Positions 1-15,000 are shown, numbered from the stretch's first letter. The stretch: DNA of 64,000 nt from Isurus oxyrinchus (GCA_026770705.1 JANJGN010000016.1:85746001-85810000); one strand, 5' to 3'. Made by a program: numbers and translations. Notes: generated from the letters alone by a model not told the origin.

Positions 1-3000
1 CGAGGGTGTATAGTGTCAGGCAATGGGCGAGGGTGTAGAGTGTCAGGCAATGGGCGAGGGTGTAGAGTGTCAGGCAATGGGCGAGGTGTAGAGTGTCAGG
101 CAATGGGTGAGGGTTTAGGAAGGCAGGCAAGTGGGTGAGGGGTAAGAGTGGCAGGCAAGTGGGTGAGGGTGTAGAGTGAGGCAAGTGGGTGAGGGTGTAC
201 AGTGTCATGCAATGGGCGAGGGTGTATAGTGTCATGCAATGGGAGAGGTTGTATAGTGTCGGGCAATGGGCGAGGGTGTAGAGTGTCAGGCAATGGGCGA
301 GGGTGTAGAGTGTCAGGCAATGGGTGAGGTGTAGAGTGTCAGGCAATGGGTGAGGGTGTAGAATGTCAGGCAATGGGCGAGGGTGTAGAGTGTCAGGCAA
401 TGGGGTGAGGGTGTAGAGTGTCAGGCAATGGGCGAGAGTGTAGAGTTTCAGACAAGTGGGTGAGCGTGCAGGAAGGCAGGCAAGTGGGTGAGGGGTAAGA
501 GTGGCAGGCAGGTGGGTGAGGGTGTAAAGTGAGGCAAGTGGGTGAGGGTGTAGAGTGTCAGGCAATGGGCGAGGGTGTATAGCGTCATGCAATGGGAGAG
601 GTTGTATAGTGTCAGGCAATGGGCAATGGTGTAGAGTGTCAGACAATGGGCGAGGGTGTAGAGTGTCAGGCAATGGGCGAGGGTGTAGAGTGTCAGGCAA
701 TGGGCGATGGTGTAGAGTGTCAGGCAATGGGGTGAGGGTGTAGAGTGTCAGGCAATGGGCGAGGGTGTAGAGTGTCAGGCAATGGGCGAGGTGTAGAGTG
801 TCAGGCAAGTGGGTGAGGGGTAAGAGTGGCAGGCAGGTGGGTGAGAATGTAAAGTGAGGCAAGTGGGTGAGGGTGTAGAGTGTCAGGCAATGGGTGAGGG
901 TGTATAGCGTCATGCAATGGGAGAGGTTGTATAGTGTCAGGCAATGGGCAATGGTGTAGAGTGTCAGACAATGGGCGAGGGTGTAGAGTGTCAGGCAATG
1001 GGCGAGGGTGTAGAGTGTCAGGCAATGGGCGATGGTGTAGAGTGTCAGGCAATGGGCGAGGTGCAGAATGTCAGGCAATGGGCGAGGGTGTAGAGAGTCA
1101 GGCAATGGGCGAGGGTGTAGTGTGTCAGGCAATGGGCGAGGGTGTAGAGTGTCAGGCAATGGGCGAGGGTGTAGAGTGTCAGGCAATGGGCGAGCGTGTA
1201 GAGTGTCAGGCAATGGGCGAGCGTGTAGAGTGTCAGGCAATGGGCGAGGGTGTAGAGTGTCAGGCAATGGGAGAGGGTGTGGAGTGTCAGGCAATGGGCG
1301 AGGGTGTAGAGTGTCAGGCAATGGGCGAGGGTGTAGAGTGTCAGGCAATGGGCGAGGGTGTAGAGTGTCAGGCAATGGGCGAGGGTGTAGAGTGTCAGGC
1401 AATGGGCGAGGGTGTAGAGTGTCAGGCAATGGGGTGAGGGTGTAGAGTGTCAGGCAATGGGCGAGGGTGTAGAGTTTCAGACAAGTGGGTGAGGGTGTAG
1501 GAAGGCAGGCAAGTGGGTGAGGGGTAAGAGTGGCAGGCAGGTGGGTGAGAGTGTAAAGTGAGGCAATTGGGTGAGGGTGTAGAGTGTCAGGCAATGGGCG
1601 AGGGTGTAGAGTGTCAGGCAATGGGCGAGGGTGTAGAGTGTCAGGCAATGGGGTGAGGGTGTAGAGTGTCAGGCAATGGGCGAGGGTGTAGAGTGTCAGA
1701 CAAGTGGGTGAGGGTGTAGGAAGGCAGGCAAGTGGGTGAGGGGTAAGGGTGGCAGGCAAGTGGGTGAGGGTGTAGAGTGAGGCAAGTGGGTGAGGGTGTA
1801 CAGTGTCATGCAATGGGTGAGGGTGTATAGTGTAATGCAATGTGCGAGGTTGTATAGTGTCAGGCAATGGGCGAGGGTGTAGAGTGTCAGGCAATGGGCG
1901 AGGGTGTAGAGTGTCAGGCAATGGGCGAGGTGTAGAGTGTCAGGCAATGGGTGAGGGCGTAGAGTGTCAGGCAATGGGCGAGGGTGTAGAGTGTCAGGCA
2001 ATGGGGTGAGGGTGTAGAGTGTCAGGCAATGGGCGAGGGTGTAGAGTTTCAGACAAGTGGGTGAGGGTGTAGGAAGGCAGGCAAGTGGGTGAGGGGTAAG
2101 AGTGGAAGGCAGGTGGGTGAGGGTGTAAAGTGAGGCAAGTGGGTGAGGGTGTAGAGTGTCAAGCAACGGGGGAGGGTGTATAGCGTCATGCAATGGGAGA
2201 GGTTGTATAGTGTCAGGCAATGGGCAATGGTGTAGAGTGTCAGACAATGGGCGAGGGTGTAGAGTGTCAGGCAATGGGCGTGCGTGTAGAGTGTCAGGCA
2301 ATGGGCGATGGAGTACAGTGTCAGGCAATGGGCGAGGTGCAGAGTGTCAGGCAATGGGCGAGGGTGTAGAGTGTCAGGCAATGGGCGAGGGTGTAGAGTG
2401 TCAGGCAATGGGGTGAGGGTGTAGAGTGTCAGGCAATGGGCGAGGGTGTAGAGTGTCAGGCAATGGGCGAGGGTGTAGAGTGTCAGGCAATGGGCGAGCG
2501 TGTAGAGTGTCAGGCAATGGGCGAGCGTGTAGAGTGTCAGGCAATGGGCGAGGGTGTCGAGTGTCAGGCAATGGGTGAGGGTATGGAGTGTCAGGCAATG
2601 GGCGAGGGTGTAGAGTGTCAGGCAATGGGCGAGGGTGTAGAGTGTCAGGCAATGGGCGAGGGTGTAGAGTGTCAGGCAATGGGCGAGGGTGTAGAGTGTC
2701 AGGCAATGGGCGAGGGTGTAGAGTGTCAGGCAATGGGGTGAGGGTGTAGAGTGTCAGGCAATGGGCGAGGGTGTAGAGTGTCAGACAAGTGGGTGAGGGT
2801 GTAGGAAGGCAGGCAAGTGGGTGAGGGGTAAGAGTGGCAGGCAAGTGGGTGAGGGTGCAGAGTGAGGCAAGTGGGTGAGGGTGTACAGTGTCATGCAATG
2901 AGCGAGGGTGTATAGTGTCATGCAATGGGCGAGGTTGTATAGTGTCAGGCAATGGGCGAGGGTGTAGAGTGTCAGGCAATGGGCGAGGGTGTAGAGTGTC

Positions 3001-6000
3001 AGGCAATGGGCGAGGGTGTAGAGTGTCAGGCAATGGGCGAGGGTGTAGAGTGTCAGGCAATGGGCGAGGGTGTAGAGTGTCAGGCAATGGGCGAGGGTGT
3101 AGAGTGTCAGGCAATGGGCGAGGGTGTGGAGTGTCAGGCAATGGGCGAGGGTGTAGAGTGTCAGGCAATGGGCGAGGGTGTAGAGTGTCAGGCAATGGGC
3201 GAGGGTGTAGAATGTCAGGCAATGGGCGAGGGTGTAGAGTGTCAGGCAATGGGCGAGGGTGTAGATTGTCAGGCAATGGGCGAGGGTGTAGAGTGTCAGG
3301 CAATGGGGTGAGGGTGTAGAGTGTCAGGCAAGTGGGCGAGGGTGTAGAGTGTCAGACAAGTGGGTGAGGGGTAAGAGTGGCAGGCAAGTGGGTGAGGGGT
3401 AAGAGTGTCATGCAATGGGCGAGGGTGTATAGTGTCAGGCAATGGGCGAGGTTGTATAGTGTCAGGCAATGGGCGAGGGTGTAGAGTGTCAGGCAATGGG
3501 CGAGGGTGTAGAGTGTCAGGCAATGGGCGAGGTGTAGAGTGTCAGGCAATGGGTGAGGGTTTAGGAAGGCAGGCAAGTGGGTGAGGGGTAAGAGTGGCAG
3601 GCAAGTGGGTGAGGGTGTAGAGTGAGGCAAGTGGGTGAGGGTGTACAGTGTCATGCAATGGGCGAGGGTGTATAGTGTCATGCAATGGGAGAGGTTGTAT
3701 AGTGTCGGGCAATGGGCGAGGGTGTAGAGTGTCAGGCAATGGGCGAGGGTGTAGAGTGTCAGGCAATGGGTGAGGTGTAGAGTGTCAGGCAATGGGTGAG
3801 GGTGTAGAATGTCAGGCAATGGGCGAGGGTGTAGAGTGTCAGGCAATGGGGTGAGGGTGTAGAGTGTCAGGCAATGGGCGAGAGTGTAGAGTTTCAGACA
3901 AGTGGGTGAGCGTGCAGGAAGGCAGGCAAGTGGGTGAGGGGTAAGAGTGGCAGGCAGGTGGGTGAGGGTGTAAAGTGAGGCAAGTGGGTGTGGGTGTAGA
4001 GTGTCAGGCAATGGGCGAGGGTGTATAGCGTCATGCAATGGGAGAGGTTGTATAGTCTCAGGCAATGGGCAATGGTGTAGAGTGTCAGACAATGGGCGAG
4101 GGTGTAGAGTGTCAGGCAATGGGCGAGGGTGTAGAGTGTCAGGCAATGGGCGATGGTGTAGAGTGTCAGGCAATGGGGTGAGGGTGTAGAGTGTCAGGCA
4201 ATGGGCGAGGGTGTAGAGTGTCAGGCAATGGGCGAGGTGTAGAGTGTCAGGCAAGTGGGTGAGGGGTAAGAGTGGCAGGCAGGTGGGTGAGAATGTAAAG
4301 TGAGGCAAGTGGGTGAGGGTGTAGAGTGTCAGGCAATGGGTGAGGGTGTATAGCGTCATGCAATGGGAGAGGTTGTATAGTGTCAGGCAATGGGCAATGG
4401 TGTAGAGTGTCAGACAATGGGCGAGGGTGTAGAGTGTCAGGCAATGGGCGAGGGTGTAGAGTGTCAGGCAATGGGCGATGGTGTAGAGTGTCAGGCAATG
4501 GGCGAGGTGCAGAATGTCAGGCAATGGGCGAGGGTGTAGAGTGTCAGGCAATGGGCGAGGGTGTAGTGTGTCAGGCAATGGGCGAGGGTGTAGAGTGTCA
4601 GGCAATGGGCGAGGGTGTAGAGTGTCAGGCAATGGGCGAGCGTGTAGAGTGTCAGGCAATGGGCGAGCGTGTAGAGTGTCAGGCAATGGGCGAGGGTGTA
4701 GAGTGTCAGGCAATGGGAGAGGGTGTGGAGTGTCAGGCAATGGGCGAGGGTGTAGAGTGTCAGGCAATGGGCGAGGGTGTAGAGTGTCAGGCAATGGGCG
4801 AGGGTGTAGAGTGTCAGGCAATGGGCGAGGGTGTAGAGTGTCAGGCAATGGGCGAGGGTGTAGAGTGTCAGGCAATGGGGTGAGGGTGTAGAGTGTCAGG
4901 CAATGGGCGAGGGTGTAGAGTGTCAGACAAGTGGGTGAGGGTGTAGGAAGGCAGGCAAGTGGGTGAGGGGTAAGAGTGGCAGGCAGTGGGTGAGGGTGCA
5001 GAGTGAGGCAAGTGGGTGAGGGTGTACAGTGTCATGCAATGGGCGAGGGTGTATAGTGTCATGCAATGGGCCAGGTTGTATAGTGTCAGGCAATGGGCGA
5101 GGGTGTAGAGTGTCAGGCAATGGGCGAGGGTGTAGAGTGTCAGGCAATGGGCGAGGGTGTAGAGTGTCAGGCAATGGGCGAGGGTGTAGAGTGTCAGGCA
5201 ATGGGCGAGGGTGTAGAGTGTCAGGCAATGGGCGAGGGTGTGGAGTGTCAGGCAATGGGCGAGGGTTTAGAGTGTCAGGCAATGGGCGAGGGTGTAGAGT
5301 GTCAGGCAATGGGCGAGGGTGTAGAGTGTCAGGCAATGGGCGAGGGTGTAGAGTGTCAGGCAATGGGCGAGGGTGTAGATTGTCAGGCAATGGGCGAGGG
5401 TGTAGAGTGTCAGGCAATGGGGTGAGGGTGTAGAGTGTCAGGCAATGGGCGAGGGTGTAGAGTGTCAGACAAGTGGGTGAGGGGTAAGAGTGGCAGGCAA
5501 GTGGGTGAGGGGTAAGAGTGTCATGCAATGGGCGAGGGTGTATAGTGTCAGGCAATGGGCGAGGTTGTATAGTGTCAGGCAATGGGCGAGGGTGTAGAGT
5601 GTCAGGCAATGGGCGAGGGTGTAGAGTGTCAGGCAATGGGCGAGGTGTAGACTGTCAGGCAATGGGTGAGGGTTTAGGAAGGCAGGCAAGTGGGTGAGGG
5701 GTAAGAGTGGCAGGCAAGTGGGTGAGGGTGTAGAGTGAGGCAAGTGGGTGAGGGTGTACAGTGTCATGCAATGGGCGAGGGTGTATAGTGTCATGCAATG
5801 GGAGAGGTTGTATAGTGTCGGGCAATGGGCGAGGGTGTAGAGTGTGAGGCAATGGGCGAGGGTGTAGAGTGTCAGGCAATGGGCGAGGTGTAGAGTGTCA
5901 GGCAATGGGTGAGGGTGTAGAATGTCAGGCAATGGGCGAGGGTGTAGAGTGTCAGGCAATGGGGTGAGGGTGTAGAGTGTCAGGCAATGGGCGAGGGTGT

Positions 6001-9000
6001 AGAGTTTCAGACAAGTGGGTGAGCGTGCAGGAAGGCAGGCAAGTGGGTGAGGGGTAAGAGTGGCAGGCAGGTGGGTGAGGGTGTAAAGTGAGGCAAGTGG
6101 GTGAGGGTGTAGAGTGTCAGGCAATGGGCGAGGGTGTATAGCGTCATGCAATGGGAGAGGTTGTATAGTGTCAGGCAATGGGCAATGGTGTAGAGTGTCA
6201 GACAATGGGCGAGGGTGTAGAGTGTCAGGCAATGGGCGAGGGTGTAGAGTGTCAGGCAATGGGCGATGGTGTAGAGTGTCAGGCAATGGGCGAGGTGCAG
6301 AGTGTCAGGCAATGGGCGAGGGTGTAGAGTGTCAGGCAATGGGCGAGGGTGTAGAGTGTCAGGCAATGGGGTGAGGGTGTAGAGTGTCAGGCAATGGGCG
6401 AGGGTGTAGAGTGTCAGACAAGTGGGTGAGGGTGTAGGAAGGCAGGCAAGTGGGTGAGGGGTAAGGGTGGCAGGCAAGTGGGTGAGGGTGTAGAGTGAGG
6501 CAAGTGGGTGAGGGTGTAGAGTGTCATACAATGGGCGAGGGTGTATAGCGTCATGCAATGGCAGATGTTGTATAGTGTCAGGCAATGGGCAATGGTGTAG
6601 AGTGTCAGACAATGGGCGAGGGTGTAGAGTGTCAGGCAATGGGCGAGGGTGTAGAGTGTAAGGCAATGGGCGATGGTGTAGAGTGTCAGGCAATGGGCGA
6701 GGTGCAGAATGTCAGGCAATGGGCGAGGGTGTAGAGTGTGAGGCAGTGGGCGAGGGTGTAGTGTGTCAGGCAATGGGCGAGGGTGTAGAGTGTCAGGCAA
6801 TGGGCGAGGGTGTAGAGTGTCAGGCAATGGGCGAGCGTGTAGAGTGTCAGGCAATGGGCGAGCATGTAGAGTGTCAGGCAATGGGCGAGGGTGTAGAGTG
6901 TCAGGCAATTGGCGAGGGTGTGGAGTGTCAGGCAATGGGCGAGGGTGTAGAGTGTCAGGCAATGGGCGAGGGTATAGAGTGTCAGTCAATGGGCGAGGGT
7001 GTAGAGTGTCAGGCAATGGGCGAGGGTGTAGAGTGTCAGGCAATGGGCGAGGGTGTAGAGTGTCAGGCAATGGGCGAGGGTGTAGAGTGTCAGGCAATGG
7101 GCGAGGGTGTAGAGTGTCAGGCAATGGGCGAGGGTGTAGAGTGTCAGGCAATGGGCGAGGGTGTAGAGTGTCAGGCAATGGGGCGAGGGTGTAGAGTGTC
7201 AGGCAATGGGGTGAGGGTGTAGAGTGTCAGGCAATGGGCGAGGGTGTAGAGTGTCAGACAAGTGGGTGAGGGGTAAGAGTGGCAGGCAAGTGGGTGAGGG
7301 GTAAGAGTGGCAGGCAAGTGGGTGAGGGTGTAGAGTGAGGCAAGTGGGTGAGGGTGTACAGTGTCATGCAATGGGCGAGGGTGTATAGTGTCATGCAATG
7401 GGCGAGGTTGTATAGTGTCAGGCAATGGGCGAGGGTGTAGAGTGTCAGGCAATGGGCGAGGGTGTAGAGTGTCAGGCAATGGGCGAGGGTGTAGAGTGTC
7501 AGGCAATGGGTGAGGGTGTAGAGTGTCAGGCAATGGGCGAGGGTGTAGAGTGTCAGGCAATGGGGTGAAGGTGTAGAGTGTCAGGCAATGGGCGAGGGTG
7601 TAGAGTTTCAGACAAGTGGGTGAGGGTGTAGGAAGGCAGGCAAGTGGGTGAGGGGTAAGAGTGGCAGGCAGGTGGGTGAGAGTGTAAAGTGAGGCAATTG
7701 GGTGAGGGTGTAGAGTGTCAGGCAATGGGCGAGGGTGTAGAGTGTCAGGCAATGGGCGAGGGTGTAGAGTGTCAGGCAATGGGGTGAGGGTGTAGAGTGT
7801 CAGGCAATGGGCGAGGGTGTAGAGTGTCAGACAAGTGGGTGAGGGTGTAGGAAGGCAGGCAAGTGGGTGAGGGGTAAGGGTGGCAGGCAAGTGGGTGAGG
7901 GTGTAGAGTGAGGCAAGTGGGTGAGGGTGTACAGTGTCATGCAATGGGTGAGGGTGTATAGTGTAATGCAATGTGCGAGGTTGTATAGTGTCAGGCAATG
8001 GGCGAGGGTGTAGAGTGTCAGGCAATGGGCGAGGGTGTAGAGTGTCAGGCAATGGGCGAGGTGTAGAGTGTCAGGCAATGGGTGAGGGCGTAGAGTGTCA
8101 GGCAATGGGCGAGGGTGTAGAGTGTCAGGCAATGGGGTGAGGGTGTAGAGTGTCAGGCAATGGGCGAGGGTGTAGAGTTTCAGACAAGTGGGTGAGGGTG
8201 TAGGAAGGCAGGCAAGTGGGTGAGGGGTAAGAGTGGAAGGCAGGTGGGTGAGGGTGTAAAGTGAGGCAAGTGGGTGAGGGTGTAGAGTGTCAGGCAATGG
8301 GCGAGGGTGTATAGCGTCATGCAATGGGAGAGGTTGTATAGTGTCAGGCAATGGGCAATGGTGTAGAGTGTCAGACAATGGGCGAGGGTGTAGAGTGTCA
8401 GGCAATGGGCGTGCGTGTAGAGTGTCAGGCAATGGGCGATGGAGTACAGTGTCAGGCAATGGGCGAGGTGCAGAGTGTCAGGCAATGGGCGAGGGTGTAG
8501 AGTGTCAGGCAATGGGCGAGGGTGTAGAGTGTCAGGCAATGGGGTGAGGGTGTAGAGTGTCAGGCAATGGGCGAGGGTGTAGAGTGTCAGACAAGTGGGT
8601 GAGGGTGTAGGAAGGCAGGCAAGTGGGTGAGGGGTAAGAGTGGCAGGCAAGTGGGTGAGGGTGTAGAGTGAGGCAAGTGGGTGAGGGTGTAGAGTGTCGG
8701 GCAATGGGCGAGGGTGTATAGCGTCATGCAATGGGAGAGGTTGTATAGTGTCAGGCAATGGGCAATGGTGTAGAGTGTCAGGCAATGGGCGAGGGTGTAG
8801 AGTGTCAGGCAATGGGCGAGGGTGTAGAGTGTAAGGCAATGGGCGATGGTGTAGAGTGTCAGGCAATGGGCGAGGTGCAGAATATCAGGCAATGGGCGAG
8901 GGTGCAGAGTGTCAGGCAGTGGGCGAGCGTGTAGAGTGTCAGGCAATGGGCGAGCGTGTAGAGTGTCAGGCAATGGGCGAGGGTGTAGAGTGTCAGGCAA

Positions 9001-12000
9001 TGGGAGAGGGTGTGGAGTGTCAGGCAATGGGCGAGGGTGTAGAGTGTCAGGCAATGGGCGAGGGTGTAGAGTGTCAGGTAATGGGCGAGGGTGTAGAGTG
9101 TCAGGCAATGGGCGAGGGTGTAGAGTGTCAGGCAGTGGGCGAGGGTGTAGAGTGTCAGGCAATGGGCGAGGGTGTAGAGTGTCAGGCAATGGGCGAGGGT
9201 GTAGAGTGTCAGGCAATGGGCGAGGGTGTAGAGTGTCATGCAATGGGCGAGGGTGTAGAGTGTCAGGCAATGGGCGAGGGTGTAGAGTGTCAGGCAATGG
9301 GCAAGGGTGTAGAGTGTCAGGCAATGAGCGAGGGTGTAGAGTGTCAGGCAATGGGTGAGGGTGTAGAGTGTCAGTCAATGGGCGAGGGTGTAGAGTGTCA
9401 GGCAATGGGCGAGGGTGTAGAGTGTCAGGCAGTGGGCGAGGGTGTAGAGTGTCAGGCAATGGGCGAGGGTTTAGAGTGTCAGGCAATGTGCTGAGGGTGT
9501 AGAGTGTCAGGCAATGGGCGAGGGTGTAGAGTGTCAGACAAGTGGATGAGGGTGTAGGAAGGCAGGCAAGTGGGTGAGGGGTAAGAGTGGCAGGCAAGTG
9601 GATGAGGGTGTAGAGCGAGGCAAGTGGGTGAGGGTGTAGAGTGTCAGACAATGGGCGAGGGTGTAGAGTGTCATACAATGGGCCAGGGTGTAGAGTGTCA
9701 GGCAATGGGCGAGCGTGTAGAGTGTCAGGCAATGGGCGAGGGTGTAGAGTGTCAGGCATTGGGCGAGGGTATGGAGTGTCAGGCAATGGGCGAGGGTGTA
9801 GATTGTCAGGCAATGGGCGAGGGTGTAGAGTGTCAGGCAATGGGCGAGGTTGGAGAGTGTCAGGCAATGGGCGAGGGTGTAGAGTGTCAGGCAATGGGCG
9901 AGGGTGTAGAGTGTCAGGCAATGGGGTGAGGGTGTAGAGTGTCAGGCAATGGGCGAGGGTGTAGAGTATCAGACAAGTGGGTGAGGGTGATGGAAGGCAG
10001 GCAAGTGGGTGAGGGGTAAGAGTGGCAGGCAAGTGGGTGAGGGTGTAGAGTGACGCAAGTGGGTGAGGGTGTAGAGTGTCAGGCAATGGGCGAGGGTGTA
10101 TAGTGTCATGCAATGGGAGAGGTTGTATAGTGTCAGGCAATGGGCAAGGGTGTAGAGTGCCAGACAATGGGCGAGGGTGTAGAGTGTCAGGCAATTTGCG
10201 AGGGTGTAGAGTGTCAGGCAATGGGCGAGGATGTAGAGTGTCAGTCAATTGGCGAGGGTGTGGAGTGTCAGGCAATGGGCGAGGGTGTAGAGTGTCAGGC
10301 AATGGGCGAGGGTGTAGAGTGTCAGGCAATGGGCGAGGGTGTAGAGTGTCAGGCAATGGGCGAGGGTGTAGAGTGTCAGGCAATGGACGAGGTGTAGAGT
10401 GTCAGGCAATGGGTGAGGGTGTAGAGTGTCAGGCAATGGGCGAGGGTGTAGAGTGTCAGGCAATGGGGTGAGGGTGTAGAGTGTCAGGCAATGGGCGAGG
10501 GTGTAGAGTTTCAGACAAGTGGGTGAGGGTGTAGGAAGGCAGGCAATTGGGTGAGGGGTAAGAGTGGCAGGCAGGTGGGTGAGGGTGTAAAGTGAGGCAA
10601 GTGGGTGAGGGTTTAGAGTGTCAGGCAATGGGCGAGGGTGTATAGCGTCATGCAATGGGAGAGGTTGTATAGTGTCAGGCAATGGGCAATGGTGTAGAGT
10701 GTCAGACAATGGGCGAGGGTGTAGAGTGTCAGGCAATGGGCGAGGGTGTAGAGTGTCAGGCAATGGGCGATGGTGTAGAGTATCAGGCAATGGGCGAGGT
10801 GCAGAGTGTCAGGCAATGGGCGAGGGTGTAGAGTGTCAGGCAATGGGCGAGGGTGTAGAGTGTCAGGCAATGGGGTGAGGGTGTAGAGTGTCAGGCAATG
10901 GGCGAGGGTGTAGAGTGTCAGACAAGTGGGTGAGGGTGTAGGAAGGCAGGCAAGTGGGTGAGGGGTAAGAGTGGCAGGCAAGTGGGTGAGGGTGTAGAGT
11001 GAGGCAAATGGGTGAGGGTGTACAGTGTCATGCAATGGGCGAGGGTGTATAGTGTCATGCAATGGGCGAGGTTGTATAGTGTCAGGCAATGGGCGAGGGT
11101 GTGGAGTGTCAGGCAATGGGCGAGGGTGTAGAGTGTCAGGCAATGGGCGAGGTGTAGAGTGTCAGGAAATGGGTGAGGGCGTGGAGTGTCAGGCAATGGG
11201 CGAGGGTGTAGAGTGTCAGGCAATGGGGTGAGGGTGTAGAGTGTCAGGCAATGGGCGAGGGTGTAGAGTTTCAGACAAGTGTGTGAGGGTGTAGGCAGGC
11301 AGGCAAGTGGGTGAGGGGTAAGAGTGGCAGGCAGGTGGGTGAGGGTGTAAAGTGAGGCAAGTGGGTGAGGGTGTAGAGTGTCAGGCAATGGGCGAGGGTG
11401 TATAGCGTCATGCAATGGGAGAGGTTGTATAGTGTCAGGCAATGGGCAATGGTGTAGAGTGTCAGACAGTGGGCGAGAGTGTAGAGTGTCAGGCAATGGG
11501 CGAGGGTGTAGAGTGTCAGGCAATGGGCGATGGTGTAGAGTGTCAGGCAATGGGCGAGGTGCAGAGTGTCAGGCAATGGGCGAGGGTGTAGAGTGTCAGG
11601 CAGTGGGCGAGGGTGTAGAGTGTCAGGCAATGGGCGAGGGTGTAGAGTGTCAGGCAGTGGGCGAGTGTGTAGAGTGTCAGGCAATGGGCGAGGGTGTAGA
11701 GTGTCAGGCAATGGGCGAGGGTGTAGAGTGTCAGGCAATGGGCGAGGGTGTAGAGTGTCAGGCAATGGGCGAGGGTGTAGAGTGTCAGGCAATGGGCGAG
11801 GGTGTAGAGTGTCAGGCAATGGGCAAGGGTGTAGAGTGTCAGGCAATGAGCGAGGGTGTAGAGTGTCAGGCAATGGGTGAGGGTGTAGAGTGTCAGTCAA
11901 TGGGCGAGGGTGTAGAGTGTCAGGCAGTGGGCGAGGGTGTAGAGTGTCAGGCAATGGGCGAGGGTTTAGAGTGTCAGGCAATGTGCTGAGGGTGTAGAGT

Positions 12001-15000
12001 GTCAGGCAATGGGCGAGGGTGTAGAGTGTCAGACAAGTGGATGAGGGTGTAGGAAGGCAGGCAAGTGGTTGAGGGGTAAGAGTGGCAGGCAAGTGGATGA
12101 GGGTGTAGAGCGAGGCAAGTGGGTGAGGGTGTAGAGTGTCAGACAATGGGCGAGGGTGTAGAGTGTCATACAATGGGCCAGGGTGTAGAGTGTCAGGCAA
12201 TGGGCGAGCGTGTAGAGTGTCAGGCAATGGGCGAGGGTGTAGAGTGTCAGGCAATGGGCGAGGGTATGGAGTGTCAGGCAATGGGCGAGGGTGTAGATTG
12301 TCAGGCAATGGGCGAGGGTGTAGAGTGTCAGGCAATGGGCGAGGTTGGAGAGTGTCAGGCAATGGGCGAGGGTGTAGAGTGTCAGGCAATGGGCGAGGGT
12401 GTAGAGTGTCAGGCAATGGGGTGAGGGTGTAGAGTGTCAGGCAATGGGCGAGGGTGTAGAGTATCAGACAAGTGGGTGAGGGTGATGGAAGGCAGGCAAG
12501 TGGGTGAGGGGTAAGAGTGGCAGGCAAGTGGGTGAGGGTGTAGAGTGAGGCAAGTGGGTGAGGGTGTAGAGTGTCAGGCAATGGGCGAGGGTGTATAGTG
12601 TCATGCAATGGGAGAGGTTGTATAGTGTCAGGCAATGGGCAAGGGTGTAGAGTGCCAGACAATGGGCGAGGGTGTAGAGTGTCAGGCAATTTGCGAGGGT
12701 GTAGAGTGTCAGGCAATGGGCGAGGATGTAGAGTGTCAGTCAATTGGCGAGGGTGTGGAGTGTCAGGCAATGGGCGAGGGTGTAGAGTGTCAGGCAATGG
12801 GCGAGGGTGTAGAGTGTCAGGCAATGGGCGAGGATGTAGAGTGTCAGGCAATGGGCGAGGGTGTAGAGTGTCAGGCAATGGGCGAGGGTGTAGAGTGTCA
12901 GGCAATGGTGAGGGTGTAGAGTGTCAGGCAATGGGCGAGGGTATAGAGTGTCAGGCAATGGGCGAGGGTGTAGAGTGTCAGGCAATGGGCGAGGGTGTAG
13001 AGTGTCAGGCAATGGGCGAGGGATTAGATTGTCAGGCACTGGGGTGAAGGTGTAGAGTGTCAGGCACTGGGCGAGGGTGTAGAGTGTCAGACAAGTGGGT
13101 GAGAGTGTTGGAAGGCAGGCAAGTGGGTGAGGGGCAAGAGTGGCAGGCAATGTGTGAGGGTGTAGAGTGAGGCAAGTGGGTGAGGGTGTAGAGTGTCAGA
13201 CAATGGGCGAGGGTGTATAGTGTCATGCAATGGGCGAGGTTGTATAGTGTCAGGCAATGGGCGAGGGTGTAGAGTGTCAGACAATGGGTGAGGGTGTAGA
13301 GTGTCAGGCAATGGGCGAGGGTGTAGAGTGTCAGGCAATGGGCGAGGGTGTAGAGTGTCAGGCAATGGGCGAGGGTGTAGAGTTTCAGACAAGTGTGTGA
13401 GGGTGTAGGCAGGCAGGCAAGTGGGTGAGGGGTAAGAGTGGCAGGCAGGTGGGTGAGGGTGTAAAGTGAGGCAAGTGGGTGAGGGTGTAGAGTGTCAGGC
13501 AATGGGCGAGGGTGTATAGCGTCATGCAATGGGAGAGGTTGTATAGTGTCAGGCAATGGGCAATGGTGTAGAGTGTCAGACAGTGGGCGAGAGTGTAGAG
13601 TGTCAGGCAATGGGCGAGGGTGTAGAGTGTCAGGCAATGGGCGATGGTGTAGAGTGTCAGGCAATGGGCGAGGTGCAGAGTGTCAGGCAATGGGCGAGGG
13701 TGTAGAGTGTCAGGCAGTGGGCGAGGGTGTAGAGTGTCAGGCAATGGGCGAGGGTGTAGAGTGTCAGGCAGTGGGCGAGGGTGTAGAGTGTCAGGCAATG
13801 GGCGAGGGTGTAGAGTGTCAGGCAATGGGCGAGGGTGTAGAGTGTCAGGCAATGGGCGAGGGTGTAGAGTGTCAGGCAATGGGCGAGGGTGTAGAGTGTC
13901 AGGCAATGGGCGAGGGTGTAGAGTGTCAGGCAATGGGCAAGGGTGTAGAGTGTCAGGCAATGAGCGAGGGTGTAGAGTGTCAGGCAATGGGTGAGGGTGT
14001 AGAGTGTCAGTCAATGGGCGAGGGTGTAGAGTGTCAGGCAGTGGGCGAGGGTGTAGAGTGTCAGGCAATGGGCGAGGGTTTAGAGTGTCAGGCAATGTGC
14101 TGAGGGTGTAGAGTGTCAGGCAATGGGCGAGGGTGTAGAGTGTCAGACAAGTGGATGAGGGTGTAGGAAGGCAGGCAAGTGGTTGAGGGGTAAGAGTGGC
14201 AGGCAAGTGGATGAGGGTGTAGAGCGAGGCAAGTGGGTGAGGGTGTAGAGTGTCAGACAATGGGCGAGGGTGTAGAGTGTCATACAATGGGCCAGGGTGT
14301 AGAGTGTCAGGCAATGGGCGAGCGTGTAGAGTGTCAGGCAATGGGCGAGGGTGTAGAGTGTCAGGCAATGGGCGAGGGTATGGAGTGTCAGGCAATGGGC
14401 GAGGGTGTAGATTGTCAGGCAATGGGCGAGGGTGTAGAGTGTCAGGCAATGGGCGAGGTTGGAGAGTGTCAGGCAATGGGCGAGGGTGTAGAGTGTCAGG
14501 CAATGGGCGAGGGTGTAGAGTGTCAGGCAATGGGGTGAGGGTGTAGAGTGTCAGGCAATGGGCGAGGGTGTAGAGTATCACACAAGTGGGTGAGGGTGAT
14601 GGAAGGCAGGCAAGTGGGTGAGGGGTAAGAGTGGCAGGCAAGTGGGTGAGGGTGTAGAGTGAGGCAAGTGGGTGAGGGTGTAGAGTGTCAGGCAATGGGC
14701 GAGGGTGTATAGTGTCATGCAATGGGAGAGGTTGTATAGTGTCAGGCAATGGGCAATGGTGTAGAGTGCCAGACAATGGGCGAGGGTGTAGAGTGTCAGG
14801 CAATTTGCGAGGGTGTAGAGTGTCAGGCAATGGGCGAGGATGTAGAGTGTCAGTCAATTGGCGAGGGTGTGGAGTGTCAGGCAATGGGCGAGGGTGTAGA
14901 GTGTCAGGCAATGGGCGAGGGTGTAGAGTGTCAGGCAATGGGCGAGGATGTAGAGTGTCAGGCAATGGGCGAGGGTGTAGAGTGTCAGGCAATGGGCGAG